Shown in pieces: positions 18,499-18,921 of a stretch of 18,921 nucleotides of DNA (position 1 is the first letter of the stretch; every line of letters begins with the position of its first letter). The notes beneath the pieces were generated by a model. It was given only the letters and a program-made list of their open reading frames with translations. It was not told the origin of the DNA and did no database searches. A program made the translations under genes and the position numbers. The DNA is from Candidatus Rokuibacteriota bacterium (GTDB lineage: Bacteria > Methylomirabilota > Methylomirabilia > Rokubacteriales > DASRDR01): NCBI GenBank assembly GCA_044866005.1, contig JBIOTN010000242.1, forward strand, positions 1 through 18,921. Direction: 5' to 3'.

Positions 18499-18513
18499 GG
18501 GAGGGACTGAGCA

Positions 18514-18921
18514 ATGCGCCCGACGTGGATCATGGCATCCGTCCTCTTGGCCGGCCTCGTGGTAGGTGTTGCGGTCGGACCGGTGTCGGCCGCCCCGCCC
18601 GAGGGCTTCATCGTCGTCTTGAGCGACGACACTCCCAACGTCCCGGCCGTGGCCAGCGAGCACGCCCGGAACTTCGGCGTGGGCCTCAGGTACGTCTACA
18701 GCCACGCGCTCAAGGGGTATGCTGCGGTCATCCCGCCCGAGCGTCTGGCGGACGTCCAGAACGATCCCCGAGTGCTCTTCGTCTCCGCGGACCAGCCCGT
18801 CTGGGCCTTCGCGCAGAGCCTCCCGACCGGCGTCGACCGGATCGATGGTGAGCTGAGCTCGAAGTTCGCGTCAGGCGTCTCGGGCTTCGCCGTGGCCGTG
18901 ATCGACACCGGAAGCGGTCCG
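18514..18921 (+). CDS. S8-family subtilisin-like serine peptidase with I9 propeptide; partial, runs off the right edge
   Basis: Hand translation: signal peptide MRPTWIMASVLLAGLVVGVAVGPVSA, propeptide FIVVL...YVYSHALKGYAA...DPRVLFVSADQPV, mature QSLPTGVDRIDG...VAVIDTG (catalytic Asp motif); SD GGGAGGG. Confidence 0.92.
   Translation, partial: MRPTWIMASVLLAGLVVGVAVGPVSAAPPEGFIVVLSDDTPNVPAVASEHARNFGVGLRYVYSHALKGYAAVIPPERLADVQNDPRVLFVSADQPVWAFAQSLPTGVDRIDGELSSKFASGVSGFAVAVIDTGSGP

Overview
High-GC bacterial window. Gene content and repeat style suggest Candidatus Rokubacteria/Methylomirabilota, but this is an inference and was not checked. Bases 1-3660 are a decayed integrative island abutting the 3' end of a minus-strand tRNA-Gln(CTG)/tRNA-Glu(CTC) pair. 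The island holds a 5'-truncated, frameshifted large serine recombinase whose ORF ends inside the antisense of tRNA-Glu, a frameshifted ATP-dependent DNA ligase remnant, an att-like scar, a MarR regulator with two copies of a palindromic operator, and an RND membrane-fusion lipoprotein preceded in frame by a MATE transporter remnant. The rest looks like core chromosome. First come a permease and late futalosine-type menaquinone genes (UbiD-like decarboxylase, UbiA-like prenyltransferase, UbiE/MenG methyltransferase), interrupted by a truncated secreted-protein gene on the opposite strand. Next are an HpcH/HpaI aldolase, a SelA/MJ0158-like PLP enzyme, REP-like repeats, a Dpp/Opp-type ABC transporter with no ATPase gene, inorganic pyrophosphatase and a 58-aa SPW-repeat protein absent from the ORF track. 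The window ends with a sigma54/NtrC-type glnK-amtB operon and the start of a secreted S8 subtilase, which has a second sigma54-like promoter and a degenerate c-di-GMP-I-like leader. No complete novel system is proven. The best leads are the tRNA-overlapping serine recombinase, the PLP enzyme/aldolase/ABC set, the MarR operator pair and the subtilase leader.
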